Position numbers and translations under genes: made by a program
In this document: piece after piece, positions 48,300 through 58,150 of the stretch
How the letters are laid out: each line of letters starts with the position of its first letter
How positions within the stretch are numbered: position 1 is the first letter of the stretch
The notes under the pieces: model-generated
What the model saw: only the letters and a program-made list of their open reading frames with translations
What the model was told of the DNA's origin: nothing
Database searches by the model: none
Source: Candidatus Limnocylindrales bacterium
GTDB lineage: Bacteria; Chloroflexota; Limnocylindria; Limnocylindrales; CSP1-4
Direction of reading: 5' to 3'
DNA length: 64,000 nucleotides
Assembly: GCA_038248915.1 (NCBI GenBank)
Contig: JBBRXB010000003.1
Coordinates: 49,091 to 113,090, forward strand

Positions 48300-49334
48300 T
48301 CAGCCCGCGGCGTCGACGACGAGGTCGCGCGGCACCGAGGCGATGTCCGCGATGCCGCACATCCCGGCTTCCTCGGCCAGGCCCTCGCGCAGGTCGTCGA
48401 GCACGCGCGCCACGCCGTCGGCGCCGGCCAGGGCCATGCCCCACAGCACCGGCCGCGCGACGAGGACCGCGCGGGCACCGAGCGCCAGCGCGATGAGCAC
48501 GTCAGTGCCGCTCCGGACGCCGCCATCGAGATAGACCTCCGCCCCACCGGCACCGGCCACGACGTCGGGCAAGGCGTCCAGCGTCGAGATCGAGCGCGCC
48601 AGCTGACGTCCGCCGTGGTTCGAGACGATGATCCCGGCCGCGCCGGCGTCGACGGCCCGGGCCGCGTCGTCGCGGGTCATTATCCCCTTGGGCACGATGG
48701 GCAGCGACGTCACGGACCGCAGCCAGCCGAGATACTCCCAGGTGTTCCGGGATTCGAGGCCGGGTGAGCTCTCGAAGTGGGCGAACTTGGCGCCGGCCGG
48801 CAACCGGAACCCGAGCCTGGGCGAGGTGTGGTTGACCCCGATCGGTGTGTTGACCAGCGGCACGATCACCTTGACCCCGACGGCCTCGGCGCGCTTGATG
48901 ACCCCGGCCAGCGCGTCGCGGTCATCCCAGTTGTAGAGCTGGAACCAGAGCGGCAGCGTCGGCTGGGCGGCGGCGATGTCCTCGATGCTGACCGTGGCGT
49001 TGACCGCGACCGTCAGCAGGCTGCCCGCCTGGGCGGCGCCGGCGGCCATCGCCAGCTCGCCATCGGGGTGGATGGCCTTCTGGAGCCCGACCGGCCCAAC
49101 GACAACGGGCGCGGAGACGGTCGCGCCAAGGAGCGTCGTCTCGGTCCGGACCGACGACACGTCGACGAGGACGCTGGGTCGCAAACGGCGGCGGCCGAAG
49201 GCGGCCTCGTTGTCACCGGCGAAATCAGGTCCGGACCCCGAGCGGATCCATTCGTAGACCGGGGTGTCGAGCACGTGCCGGGCGACCTCCCCGAAGACCC
49301 GCGGATCGAGTCGGGCGACGAGCGGATCGGTCAT
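48300..49334 (-). CDS. FMN-dependent alpha-hydroxy-acid dehydrogenase (L-lactate/glycolate/(S)-mandelate dehydrogenase family)
   Basis: FMN-binding TIM-barrel motifs (SNHGGRQL, GGVRSGTDV). Confidence 0.85.
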   Translation of the reverse strand: MTDPLVARLDPRVFGEVARHVLDTPVYEWIRSGSGPDFAGDNEAAFGRRRLRPSVLVDVSSVRTETTLLGATVSAPVVVGPVGLQKAIHPDGELAMAAGAAQAGSLLTVAVNATVSIEDIAAAQPTLPLWFQLYNWDDRDALAGVIKRAEAVGVKVIVPLVNTPIGVNHTSPRLGFRLPAGAKFAHFESSPGLESRNTWEYLGWLRSVTSLPIVPKGIMTRDDAARAVDAGAAGIIVSNHGGRQLARSISTLDALPDVVAGAGGAEVYLDGGVRSGTDVLIALALGARAVLVARPVLWGMALAGADGVARVLDDLREGLAEEAGMCGIADIASVPRDLVVDAAG

Positions 49335-49405
49335 CGGGGCAGTCGGCAGCAGCGCATCGGGACCCTCACGCGGCGGATAGGATGGACGGGGTCAAGCGGC
49401 CCGTG

Positions 49406-49423
49406 TAGATTGTCGACAATCTA
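49406..49423. promoter_or_regulatory. Perfect 18-bp palindrome TAGATTGTCGACAATCTA (operator site 4 of 6) between the divergent FMN-dehydrogenase operon and the GntR gene
   Basis: Seen directly; flanked by GTCAAGC(G/C)GCCCG repeats. Confidence 0.65.
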
Positions 49424-49447
49424 GGGTCTGGTCGATGCGGGCGTCAA
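49418..49447 (-). promoter_or_regulatory. Sigma70-like promoter on the minus strand (-35 TTGACG, 18-bp spacer, -10 TAGATT) for the FMN-dehydrogenase/enolase/GNAT operon
   Basis: The -10 hexamer is the outer half of the palindromic operator. Confidence 0.5.
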
Positions 49448-49479
49448 GCCGCCCGACGGGGACCACCCAGGAGGTGCCT

Positions 49480-50178
49480 GTGGTGACCATCGGGTCGAGC
49501 CTCCCGCCCGTCGAGCGACGGGTCCTCCGCCAGGACATCCTCCTCGGTCTCCGCTCCGGGATCCTCAACGGCGAGATCCCGCCGGGCACGCGTCTGCTCG
49601 AGATCCCCCTCGCCACGGAGCTCGGCGTCAGCCGCGGCCCCGTCCGCGAGGCACTCCGCCAGCTGGAGCAGGAAGGTCTGGTCGAGTTCTTCCCGCACCG
49701 CGGCGCGATCGTCGTCGGCGTGTCCGACAACGAGATCGAGACGATCTACGCCATCCGCTCGCTGCTCGAGGAACGCGCCTTCGCCAGGGCCTGCCGGGTG
49801 GTGGACGACGCGGAGCTCGATGCCCTGGCCGAGACGGTCGAGAAGATGATCGAGGCCAGTGACGCTGGCGATGTCGCCGCGGTGACCGAGCACGACATGC
49901 ACTTCCACGGCCGGGTGGTCGAGCTGTCCGGCTTTTCCTATCTCCGCCGGCTGTGGACGAGCATCGACGGCGTCGTCCGTCTACGGGCGGCGAGTCAAGC
50001 GGAGCGGCCCGAGCTTGCCGACACCTCCAGCGCGCGTGAATGGCTGAGCGCGCCCTCGATCGAGCATCGCGAGCTGATCGAGTCATTGCGGTCCCGTCGA
50101 CCGGCCACGGCCGCGAAGGCCGCCCGGGCGCACATCTCGCGAGCGCTGGAGCGACTTCACGAGGAAGAGCTCGAGTGA
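49480..50178 (+). CDS. GntR-family transcriptional regulator (FadR subfamily, FCD effector domain)
   Basis: wHTH LATELGVSRGPVREALRQLEQEGLV and FCD-type C-terminal domain. GTG start with AGGAGG RBS. Confidence 0.85.
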   Translation: MVTIGSSLPPVERRVLRQDILLGLRSGILNGEIPPGTRLLEIPLATELGVSRGPVREALRQLEQEGLVEFFPHRGAIVVGVSDNEIETIYAIRSLLEERAFARACRVVDDAELDALAETVEKMIEASDAGDVAAVTEHDMHFHGRVVELSGFSYLRRLWTSIDGVVRLRAASQAERPELADTSSAREWLSAPSIEHRELIESLRSRRPATAAKAARAHISRALERLHEEELE

Positions 50179-51269
50179 TCGAGCGGGTGGAGGTCCTCGT
50201 CCTCACCCATCGCCTGTCCCGGACGCGGATCTTCGGCAGCGGTTCCAACGTCACCCGCGACTCGGTCGTGGTCCGGCTGGAGGACCGCGACGGGGTCATC
50301 GGCTGGGGCGAGACGTACCTGGTCGGCGCCGCGCTCGACGCGACCCGGGCGATGACCGATGACCTCGTGGGCATGGACCCTGATCGCGTGGCGGCGGACC
50401 TGACGGCGCGACCGGGGGCGCACCGCTGGGCGCTCGGCGCCGTGTCGATGGCGCTGGACGATCTGCGCGCCCGTGGCCGTGGCATCCCCGTCTCCGAGCT
50501 GTACGGCTCCCGACGTCGCGACCGTGTCCGGGCTTACGCCTCCAGCCGCGGGTATCTGCCCGGCCTGTCGCCCGAGGCGGCATGGAGCGACGAGGCGCGC
50601 ACGAGCTGGGACGACGGCTTCCGCGCGATGAAGCTGCGGGTCGGCCGGTTCCCGGTCGAGGACGAGATCGCCGCCATCGAGCAGGTCGTCGCGGACGCCC
50701 CGCCGATGACCTGGATGGCCGACGGCAACGGTGCCTACGACCTCGACGAGAGCCGGCAGCTGGCGGCCGCCCTCGAGGCGCTCGGGTTCCGCTGGCTCGA
50801 GGAGCCGCTCCCGACCGACGACTACCCGGCTTACGCGCCGCTCGCGCGCGAGCTGACGATCCCGCTGGCCGGCGGCGAGATGCTCGAGTCGGCCGCGGCG
50901 GCCAAGCCGCTGCTGTGGGGCGGCTCGTTCGACCTCGTCCAGCCGGACGTGTCGATCTGTGGCGGGATCGGCGGCGTGCTCGATATCGCGGCCGTGGCCA
51001 ACGCCGCCGGCCGGTTCGCCGTGCCGCACGCGTGCGGCGGGGCGATCGCCCTCGCGGCCACGCTCCACGTCCTGGCCGTGCTGGAGGTGCCTGCCGATGC
51101 GCCGAAGTGGGCCGAGCCGATGCTCGAGCACGACGTCGGCGAGAACCCGATCCGGACCGCCATCCTGACCGAGCCGCTGACGCTCGACGATGGCTGGATG
51201 ACGATCCCGGCCGGCCCGGGGCTCGGCATCGAGATCGACGAGGAGGCCCTGCGCCGGCTGGTGGCGTGA
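50175..51269 (+). CDS. Enolase-superfamily protein (mandelate racemase-like), translationally coupled to the GntR gene
   Basis: GTGA overlap with the GntR stop. Capping and barrel domains. Confidence 0.8.
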   Translation: MIERVEVLVLTHRLSRTRIFGSGSNVTRDSVVVRLEDRDGVIGWGETYLVGAALDATRAMTDDLVGMDPDRVAADLTARPGAHRWALGAVSMALDDLRARGRGIPVSELYGSRRRDRVRAYASSRGYLPGLSPEAAWSDEARTSWDDGFRAMKLRVGRFPVEDEIAAIEQVVADAPPMTWMADGNGAYDLDESRQLAAALEALGFRWLEEPLPTDDYPAYAPLARELTIPLAGGEMLESAAAAKPLLWGGSFDLVQPDVSICGGIGGVLDIAAVANAAGRFAVPHACGGAIALAATLHVLAVLEVPADAPKWAEPMLEHDVGENPIRTAILTEPLTLDDGWMTIPAGPGLGIEIDEEALRRLVA

Positions 51270-51282
51270 CGGCGGCGGAAGA

Positions 51283-51298
51283 CGCCGCGGCTGCGGCG
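51283..51298. terminator. Possible terminator hairpin (CGCCGC-GGCT-GCGGCG) in a 280-bp convergent gap
   Basis: Seen directly, 14 nt after the enolase stop. No U-tract. Confidence 0.25.
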
Positions 51299-51550
51299 GC
51301 GCGCTCGAAGCCGGAGCCGCCGCGCTCGATGCCACTCCAGGACCTGCCAGTTCTTGCATGGGTGGACCGCTACGGGCGATCTTGGACTCGCGGAAGGCGC
51401 GAGCTCTGCGATCCACGCTCGAATTGCGCATCAGACAGGTCCAGAACGCCCGCGACCGGCCATCACGGTCCCCCGAAGACAGTCCTGCCAGTTTCGGGGC
51501 TCTGACATCCCGGATCGTCAACGACGTGTCCGGGAATCACGGCCGTGTCC

Positions 51551-52618
51551 CTAGCCGCTGAGCGGCAGCGTCACGACCTGGTGACTCGCGGCGGATCGGT
51601 CCGCTGCCTCGACGATCTCCACGGCGGCCCGCCCATCCCGGCCGGTCACGACCGGGTCGCGGCCATCCCGGATCGCCTCGGCGAAGTCCTGGACCTGGGC
51701 CGCGAACCCCTCGAGCCGGTTGGGGTCGAGGTAATCGCCCAGGAAGTCGAACGCGACTTGCTCGTCCGTGACCCGCCAGCCATCGGCGTCGCCCAGACTG
51801 ACCTTGCCGTAATGGTCGGCCTCGATGATCCCCTTCGACCCGACGATCCGCGTCCAGTCGTTGGGCACCAGGCCGGGTTCGGGCGTCTCGTAGGTCATCA
51901 GCATCTGGGCCATCACCCCGTTCTGCATCGTGACCTGGACCTGGGCGGTCAGGTCGGCCGGCGGCGGGGTCCCGAAGGTGTGGTACTCGGCGTAGACGCG
52001 GGCGACCTCGGAGCCGGTCAGCCAGCGGAGCGCATCGGTCTCGTGGACGCCCCAATCGAGGAATTGCGAGCCCTCGGCCGGATCCCACGCCCAGGCCTTC
52101 CTCGGGATGATCACCCGGCCGGTCGCCTCGTCGATGATGTCCTCGAGCAGGAACCCGGTCCACGTGCCACGCATCTCGATCAGCCGGACGTCGCCGATGG
52201 CGCCCTCGTCGACGAGCCGTTTCATCGCCACCGGCGCGTGCCGGAACCGGGTCACGAAGTTCACCGTGAGCCTGACCCCGGCCGCGTCGCAGGCCGCGAT
52301 GATCGCGTCGCAGTCGGCCACGGACACCGACATCGGCTTCTCGATGTAGACGTGCTTGCCGGCGGCGGCGGCCGCCTCCGCCTGCGGCCGATGTGCGGTA
52401 TGGGGCGAAGTGATGACGACCGCCTCGACCTCGGGCCGGGCGAGCAACGCCGCGAGGGAATCGTCAGCCCCGACCCCAAACTCCGCGGCCAGCGCCGGCG
52501 CCCGCTTGCCACCCCACACCGACACGAGCCGGCCGTCCGGCACGTGCCGGGTCAGACACGCGGCGTAGGTCCGGCCCATGTAGCCGGTCCCGATGACGGC
52601 CATCCCGATCGGGCTCAT
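51551..52618 (-). CDS. Gfo/Idh/MocA family oxidoreductase
   Basis: MAVIGTGYMG and EKPM motifs. GAGGG RBS. ATGA overlap with the PIG-L gene stop. Confidence 0.8.
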   Translation of the reverse strand: MSPIGMAVIGTGYMGRTYAACLTRHVPDGRLVSVWGGKRAPALAAEFGVGADDSLAALLARPEVEAVVITSPHTAHRPQAEAAAAAGKHVYIEKPMSVSVADCDAIIAACDAAGVRLTVNFVTRFRHAPVAMKRLVDEGAIGDVRLIEMRGTWTGFLLEDIIDEATGRVIIPRKAWAWDPAEGSQFLDWGVHETDALRWLTGSEVARVYAEYHTFGTPPPADLTAQVQVTMQNGVMAQMLMTYETPEPGLVPNDWTRIVGSKGIIEADHYGKVSLGDADGWRVTDEQVAFDFLGDYLDPNRLEGFAAQVQDFAEAIRDGRDPVVTGRDGRAAVEIVEAADRSAASHQVVTLPLSG

Positions 52619-53352
52619 GCGTCGCCCTCGGCCGCGGGCGCGACTGATGGTCCGGCCGACAGATCGATGCCCTGGACGAGCGCGTCGACCTTGCCGCCCA
52701 TCCGCTCGGGCTCGCCGGGCAGGTCGTCCCGTGGCGGCAGCCGGTGGAACGGCACGGCGAAGACGGCGTCGAACCCCTCGGCGTGGCGCGACGGCCAGCC
52801 CAGGTCGAGGGCATACCGAAGTCCCAGGTTGACCTCCCACTGGACGAGGTCCACCGGCCATTCGTCCTCGAGCCCGCGGGTCATGATGGCCGCCAGCTCC
52901 ACCTTGCGCTGGGCGATCTCGACGGGCAGGTCGATCCACATGTTCGGGTGGAACTCCAGGGTCGTCGACGCGATCGGATAGCGCAGGATCCGGCTCTTGT
53001 AGGCGAACGTGCCGGCCAGGTCGGCCGCGTCGAGGAGCGCACGTCCGACGGTCGTGTGGTCGCCCGTCCAGTCGCCCGTGGCCGGCGGCCCGAACACGTA
53101 GGCGGGCCTGCGCTCGCGCAGGATCGCTGCCAGCGAGTCCTTGACCCGCTGGGCGTGGTCGGAGATGCGGTGGTAGGGCGCCTCCAGGAATTCGATGGTG
53201 GCGCCGAATGCCGCCGCGACATCGCGCGCCGCCGTCTGCTGGATGGACGACACCGCGACGATGTGGATGTCGTCATCGGCGTGGGTGATGAGCGTGCCGC
53301 CGACGCCGTAGATGAAGTCATCGGTGTGGGGCGTGACGACCAAGATCTCCAC
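52615..53352 (-). CDS. PIG-L/LmbE family N-acetyl-sugar deacetylase
   Basis: VTPHTDDFIYGVGG (HPDDE-type motif). GTG start with GGAGG RBS; an alternative ATG is at 53394. Confidence 0.7.
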   Translation of the reverse strand: MEILVVTPHTDDFIYGVGGTLITHADDDIHIVAVSSIQQTAARDVAAAFGATIEFLEAPYHRISDHAQRVKDSLAAILRERRPAYVFGPPATGDWTGDHTTVGRALLDAADLAGTFAYKSRILRYPIASTTLEFHPNMWIDLPVEIAQRKVELAAIMTRGLEDEWPVDLVQWEVNLGLRYALDLGWPSRHAEGFDAVFAVPFHRLPPRDDLPGEPERMGGKVDALVQGIDLSAGPSVAPAAEGDA

Positions 53353-53413
53353 GGGGCCTCCGAGTCTCTGGTTCGATGGCGATGGGCCGGCCATCGCGCC
53401 GGCCGGCGCGCGG

Positions 53414-54349
53414 TCAGGCGGTGAGGACCGAGTCCTCCAGCCACGAGCGGTACTCCGCCTCGAGGAACCGCTTGCAGACCTGGTAGTCGTCCTCGCTGAA
53501 GCCCGTATACGGCGACAGCAGCCGGAGCGGGAATTCCGGGAGCATGCCGAGCTTGACCAACATCTTGTCGTAGGCGCCGTCCATGTGCGGCCCGGGCGTC
53601 GGCTGTTCCCACAGGTCCGTGCCCAGGCGCTGAAACGCGTGCTGGAGCCGCATCAGCTCGCCGGCATCGCCGGTCCGGCCGGCTTCGAACAGGGCGAACG
53701 TCTGCCGTGGCGACAGCTCCGCATACGACGCGAGCAGGGACGCCTCGCCGAACATGGCGCCGTGCGGGAAGTTGCCCTCGCCCATGAAGTGCTGGAGCTC
53801 GCCAGCGTGGCGGATCAGCTCCTCCGCTCCGGCCATCCCGCCGCCGGTCGTCTTGGTCGCGACGAGGTTGGGGACCTTCGGGATGACCTTGGCGTAATCG
53901 CGCCCGCCGAGGACCCGCTTGGTCCGGGGCAGGTTGTAGTGGAGGAACTGCGAGTCCGGGAAGCTGCCGCACACGTCCGAGAAGAAGCGCAGGACCTCGT
54001 CGTCGTTGAGCGGGCCCCACGACGGCAGCGAGATCTGGAACGTGCGAAAGCCGACGTCATGCGCGTATGAAAGGCGCTCGACGATCTGGACGGTCGACAG
54101 CCCGATGACGCCGACCATCGCGTTGACCGGCCGGCCGTCGATCTCCTCGTGGAAGACGTCGACCACCTGGCGGAACCGTCGTGTGTCGACGGCGTAGCCC
54201 TCCCCGCCCGTCCCGAACACGTAGCAGTGCTTGAAGCCGGCGGCGATGACGCGCCGGACCTCCTCGCGGAGGAGCTCCTCGATGAGCTCGTCGTGGTCGT
54301 CCCAGGGCGACGGACAGGCGACGAGGATGCCCTGCGGATAGCGGGCCAT
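53414..54349 (-). CDS. Dihydrodipicolinate synthase/N-acetylneuraminate lyase (DapA) family protein, likely 2-keto-3-deoxy-acid lyase/dehydratase
   Basis: FGTGGEG motif and DapA-family TIM barrel. Confidence 0.75.
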   Translation of the reverse strand: MARYPQGILVACPSPWDDHDELIEELLREEVRRVIAAGFKHCYVFGTGGEGYAVDTRRFRQVVDVFHEEIDGRPVNAMVGVIGLSTVQIVERLSYAHDVGFRTFQISLPSWGPLNDDEVLRFFSDVCGSFPDSQFLHYNLPRTKRVLGGRDYAKVIPKVPNLVATKTTGGGMAGAEELIRHAGELQHFMGEGNFPHGAMFGEASLLASYAELSPRQTFALFEAGRTGDAGELMRLQHAFQRLGTDLWEQPTPGPHMDGAYDKMLVKLGMLPEFPLRLLSPYTGFSEDDYQVCKRFLEAEYRSWLEDSVLTA

Positions 54350-55353
54350 CAGGCGGCCGCCGGGATGCGGCCACCGGTCTCGAGGAGACCGAGCACGTAT
54401 TCGGCGGCCAGCCGGTGGAGGTCGTCCACGGCCTCGCGCGAGGTGCCCGCGATGTGTGGGGTGAGCACGACGTCGTCGCGTCCCTTGAGTGGGTCCGCGG
54501 CGGGCTCCGGCGGTTCCGTGACGCGGACGTCGAGGGCCGCGACGACGACCCGGCCGTCCTCGAGCGCCTCGGCCAGCGCGGTCTCGTCGATGTGGCCGCC
54601 GCGCGAGATGTTGACGAGGATCAGTCCCGGCTTGACCCCGGCCAGCGTCTCGCGAGTGACGAGCGCCGGCGACCCCGGCGTGTAGGCGGCGCAGATGACG
54701 ATGGCGTCGGCCGTGGCGAACAGCTCGTCGCGGTCCACCAGGGGCAGGTCCGGATCGTTGGCCTCGGCCAGGAACGGATCGTAGGCGATGGTCCGGAACC
54801 CGAACGCGCGGGCCTTGGCCGCGACCAGGCGGCCGATCCGGCCCGCGCCCGCGACCCCCAGCGTCTGCCCACGAAGCCGGCGGATGGAGCCCGTGATGGT
54901 CTTGTCACCGGCTGGCCAGCCACCGGCGGCGGTGGCCGTCGCGAACGGCAGGATGCGTCGTTGCGCGGCGAGGAGCAGGGCTAGCGCGTGATCGGACACC
55001 TCGTCCGTGCAGTAATCCGGGACGTTCCGGACCGCGATCCCGGCCTTGGCCGCAGCCGGTCCGTCGACCTTGTCCATGCCGATGCTGTAACAGAGGATCC
55101 CGGCGCAGCGCTCCAGGCTGGCCACACGGTCCGCGTCGAGGCGGCCCCAGCCGGTGACGATGACCGCATCGGCGGTCCGGATCGCCTCGTCGGCCTCGGC
55201 CGCGTCGCCCGGCACGATCAGGTCCACGCCCCGGCTGCCGAGGATCGCGGTTTCCGGACCCCAACTCGAGATACCGGGAACGGGGTCGAAGACGACGACC
55301 CTCGGGCGCGCGCCGGACTCGGTGGCGGCGGTTGGCGCGGGGCTCTGGGTCAT
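54349..55353 (-). CDS. D-isomer-specific 2-hydroxyacid dehydrogenase family protein
   Basis: GVAGAGRIG NAD-binding motif and catalytic region; start overlaps the downstream gene. Confidence 0.85.
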   Translation of the reverse strand: MTQSPAPTAATESGARPRVVVFDPVPGISSWGPETAILGSRGVDLIVPGDAAEADEAIRTADAVIVTGWGRLDADRVASLERCAGILCYSIGMDKVDGPAAAKAGIAVRNVPDYCTDEVSDHALALLLAAQRRILPFATATAAGGWPAGDKTITGSIRRLRGQTLGVAGAGRIGRLVAAKARAFGFRTIAYDPFLAEANDPDLPLVDRDELFATADAIVICAAYTPGSPALVTRETLAGVKPGLILVNISRGGHIDETALAEALEDGRVVVAALDVRVTEPPEPAADPLKGRDDVVLTPHIAGTSREAVDDLHRLAAEYVLGLLETGGRIPAAA

Positions 55354-55377
55354 CGGATCTCCGTTGCGGTCGGGATG

Positions 55378-55395
55378 TACATTGTCGACAATCTA
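55378..55395. promoter_or_regulatory. Operator ACATTGTCGACAATCTAG (site 5 of 6; core ATTGTCGACAAT at 55381-55392) in a divergent promoter region
   Basis: Lies between the 2-hydroxyacid dehydrogenase operon (-) and the ALDH operon (+). TACATT -10-like hexamer on the plus strand. Confidence 0.6.
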
Positions 55396-55419
55396 GGGTC
55401 CGTGGCGCGCCGCCGTCAA
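55390..55419 (-). promoter_or_regulatory. Sigma70-like promoter on the minus strand (-35 TTGACG, 18-bp spacer, -10 TAGATT) for the 2-hydroxyacid dehydrogenase/DapA-like/PIG-L/Gfo operon
   Basis: Same architecture as at 49418-49447. Confidence 0.5.
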
Positions 55420-55467
55420 GGCGGATCCGGACGGCGTCCAGGGCACCACCGACAGGAGGATCGAGCG

Positions 55468-56952
55468 ATGATGGTGATGGAACGGACCGACACGGTGGCG
55501 CATTTCATCGGTGGCGAGGAGGTGCCCTCGGCCTCCGGCCGGACCTTCGCGACGATCGATCCGTCGACCGGGCGGGAGATCGCCCAGGTCGCGTTCGGCG
55601 ACACGGAGGACATCGACCGGGCGGTCGCGGCCGGGCGCGCGGCGTTCGAATCGGGCGCCTGGTCGAAGGCCGCGCCGGGCCACCGCGCGGCGGTCATGCG
55701 CAAGCTCGCCGACCTCATCCACCAGGACGCCGACCGGATCGGCGCGATCGAGTCGCGCGACACGGGCAAGCCCCTGGGCCAGGCCATCGCCGAGGTCCAC
55801 CTGGGCGCCGATTTCCTGACCTACTTCGCCGGGCATGCCGAGCTCCCGAATGGGACCACCTACCCCGCCGACGCCGGCTACTTCGTCTACTCGGTCCGCG
55901 AGCCGTATGGCGTCGTCGGTGCGATCAGCCCATGGAACTATCCGTTCCTGCTCGCCTGCTGGAAGACCGCGCCGGCGCTCGCAGTCGGCAACTCGGTCGT
56001 GCTCAAGATGGCCGAGCAGACGCCGCTGTCCACCGCCGAGCTGGGCCGGCTGACGCTCGAAGCAGGGATGCCGGCTGGGGTGTTCAACGTCGTCCACGGT
56101 GACGGCCCGACGACCGGGGCCGCCCTGGTCGCCCACCCGCACGTGCCCAAGCTCACGTTCACCGGCTCCACCGTGACGGGCCAGGCGATCCTGCGCTCGG
56201 CGGCCGACCACATCAAGAGCGTGCATCTCGAGCTCGGTGGCAAGACGCCCAGCATCGTCTTCGGCGATGCGGACATCGATCAGGCGATCTCCGGCTCTCT
56301 GTTCACGGCCTTTTACAACACCGGCCAGATCTGCACGAGCGGGTCGCGACTGCTCGTCCAGAAGAACCGGGCGGACGAGATCATCGACGCGTTCGTGGAG
56401 CGCGCCCGCGGCATCAAGGTCGGCGATCCTGGCGAGGCGACCTCGCAGCTCGGGCCGCTCATCAGCGAGGAGCAGTACCGGCGCGTCACCGGCTACATCG
56501 AGGAGGGCCAGCGCGGCGGAGCGCGACTCGCGCTCGGTGGCGGGCGGCCGTCGGTCCCGATCGCCGATGACGGCTATTACGTCGAGCCGACGATCTTCGT
56601 GGACGTGACCCCGGACATGCGGATCGCACAGGAGGAGATCTTCGGGCCGGTCCTGTCGGTCCTCACCTTCGAGGACGAGGACGACGCCATCCGGATCGCC
56701 AACGACGTCATGTATGGACTGGCCGCGACGGTCTGGACCACCGACCTTGGCCGCGCTTTCCGGGTGGCCGACAAGATCGACGCCGGGATCATCTGGACCA
56801 ACTGCCCGCATTACCTGCCGGTCAACGTGCCGTACGAGGGCCACAAGATGTCCGGCCAGGGCGAGGACCTGGGCGTCGAGGCGCTCCAGACGTTCACCCA
56901 CCTCAAGACCCATTGCATCAACTTCAACGGCGGCAGGATGGCATGGGCGTGA
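55468..56952 (+). CDS. NAD(P)-dependent aldehyde dehydrogenase (possible 2-oxoglutarate-semialdehyde dehydrogenase-type)
   Basis: ALDH motifs (GAISPWNYP, ELGGK, catalytic Cys in GQICTSGSR, EEIFGPV). GGAGG RBS. Confidence 0.9.
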   Translation: MMVMERTDTVAHFIGGEEVPSASGRTFATIDPSTGREIAQVAFGDTEDIDRAVAAGRAAFESGAWSKAAPGHRAAVMRKLADLIHQDADRIGAIESRDTGKPLGQAIAEVHLGADFLTYFAGHAELPNGTTYPADAGYFVYSVREPYGVVGAISPWNYPFLLACWKTAPALAVGNSVVLKMAEQTPLSTAELGRLTLEAGMPAGVFNVVHGDGPTTGAALVAHPHVPKLTFTGSTVTGQAILRSAADHIKSVHLELGGKTPSIVFGDADIDQAISGSLFTAFYNTGQICTSGSRLLVQKNRADEIIDAFVERARGIKVGDPGEATSQLGPLISEEQYRRVTGYIEEGQRGGARLALGGGRPSVPIADDGYYVEPTIFVDVTPDMRIAQEEIFGPVLSVLTFEDEDDAIRIANDVMYGLAATVWTTDLGRAFRVADKIDAGIIWTNCPHYLPVNVPYEGHKMSGQGEDLGVEALQTFTHLKTHCINFNGGRMAWA

Positions 56953-58058
56953 GCGGACCCACCGGGATCACAGCCGCGACCACGGCCGACCTCGCCGCCA
57001 TCCGCGCCCAGTTCCACCCGGCCGACGGGATCACCTACCTCGACAGTGCGACGTACGGGCTGCCGCCGCAGGCGACCGTGGACGCACTCGATCGGGCAAC
57101 GCGCGCCTGGCAGACCGGGACTGGCGACTGGGTGACCGACTGGGACGCCCCGACGGACCAGGCGCCGCGCGACTTCGCGGCGCTGATCGGGGCACCGGAG
57201 GACACGATCGCCACGATCCCGGCCTCGTCGGTCGGAACGGGGTTAGTGGCCGGGATGCTGGGCGCTGGCGACGAGGTGGTCGTGCCGGCCGACGAGTTCA
57301 CGTCGAGCCTGTTCCCCTTGCTGGTGGCAAGGGAGCGCGGCGCCGTCATCCGCGAGGTGCCATTCGACGAACTGGCCGCGTCTATCGGGCCGGCTACGAC
57401 GTTGGTGGCGTTCAGCCTGGTCCAGATGCAGACCGGCAAGCTGGCCGACCTCGAAGGGATCACCGCGGCCGCCGACCAGCACGGCGCACGCGTCATGGTC
57501 GACGCGACGCAGTCGATCCCGTTCGTGCCGCTCGACGGCGTCATCGACCGGATCGACTACCTCGTCTGCTCGGGCTACAAGCACCTCCTCTCCCCGCGCG
57601 GGACCGCGTATCTCTACGTCCGCCGCGACCACTGGGACGAGCTCGAGCCTCGGAATGCCAACTGGCGTGCCGCGGACCTGCCGTTCGGTCGCTACTTCGG
57701 CGGGCCGCTGTCGCTGGCACCGGACGCGCGCCGGTTCGACGTGTCGCGGGCCTGGTTCCCGTGGGTCGGCGCGACCGAGTCGCTGCACCTGCTGACCGAG
57801 TGGAAGGCGACCGGCGCGTTCGAGGCGGTCCGCGGCCTGGCGGAGCGTCTGGCGGACAGGCTCGGCGTCCCGTGGTTCGGCGGCTCGCTCGTGTGCGCGC
57901 CGCTGGACAACGGCCAGGCAGCCCGTGCGGCCTGCCTGGCGGCCGGCGTCAAGGCATCGGTCCGCGGCACGGCAGTCCGCTTCGCGGTCCACGTCTACAA
58001 CACCGAAGCCGACCTCGACCGAGCAGCGGAGGCCATCGCGCCGTTCACCGGCGGCTGA
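56943..58058 (+). CDS. Aminotransferase class V-fold PLP-dependent enzyme
   Basis: YLDSATYGLPP N-terminus and the PLP-lysine region CSGYKHLLSPRG. 10-nt overlap with the ALDH 3' end. Confidence 0.75.
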   Translation: MGVSGPTGITAATTADLAAIRAQFHPADGITYLDSATYGLPPQATVDALDRATRAWQTGTGDWVTDWDAPTDQAPRDFAALIGAPEDTIATIPASSVGTGLVAGMLGAGDEVVVPADEFTSSLFPLLVARERGAVIREVPFDELAASIGPATTLVAFSLVQMQTGKLADLEGITAAADQHGARVMVDATQSIPFVPLDGVIDRIDYLVCSGYKHLLSPRGTAYLYVRRDHWDELEPRNANWRAADLPFGRYFGGPLSLAPDARRFDVSRAWFPWVGATESLHLLTEWKATGAFEAVRGLAERLADRLGVPWFGGSLVCAPLDNGQAARAACLAAGVKASVRGTAVRFAVHVYNTEADLDRAAEAIAPFTGG

Positions 58059-58150
58059 GCGTCGTCGAGGAGCTCCGTATCGGTACGACCCCGACGATCG
58101 GATACGTTGATGGCTTCGTGACCCGATCATCTGCAAGTACCCGATCCTGG

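Noticed and set aside
49388-49455. GTCAAGC(G/C)GCCCG direct repeats flanking the 18-bp palindrome, considered as a second regulator site
   Set aside because: The right-hand copy is better explained as the -35 (TTGACG on the minus strand) of the FMN-dehydrogenase promoter. The left copy may be coincidental GC-rich similarity. Not called as a separate feature.
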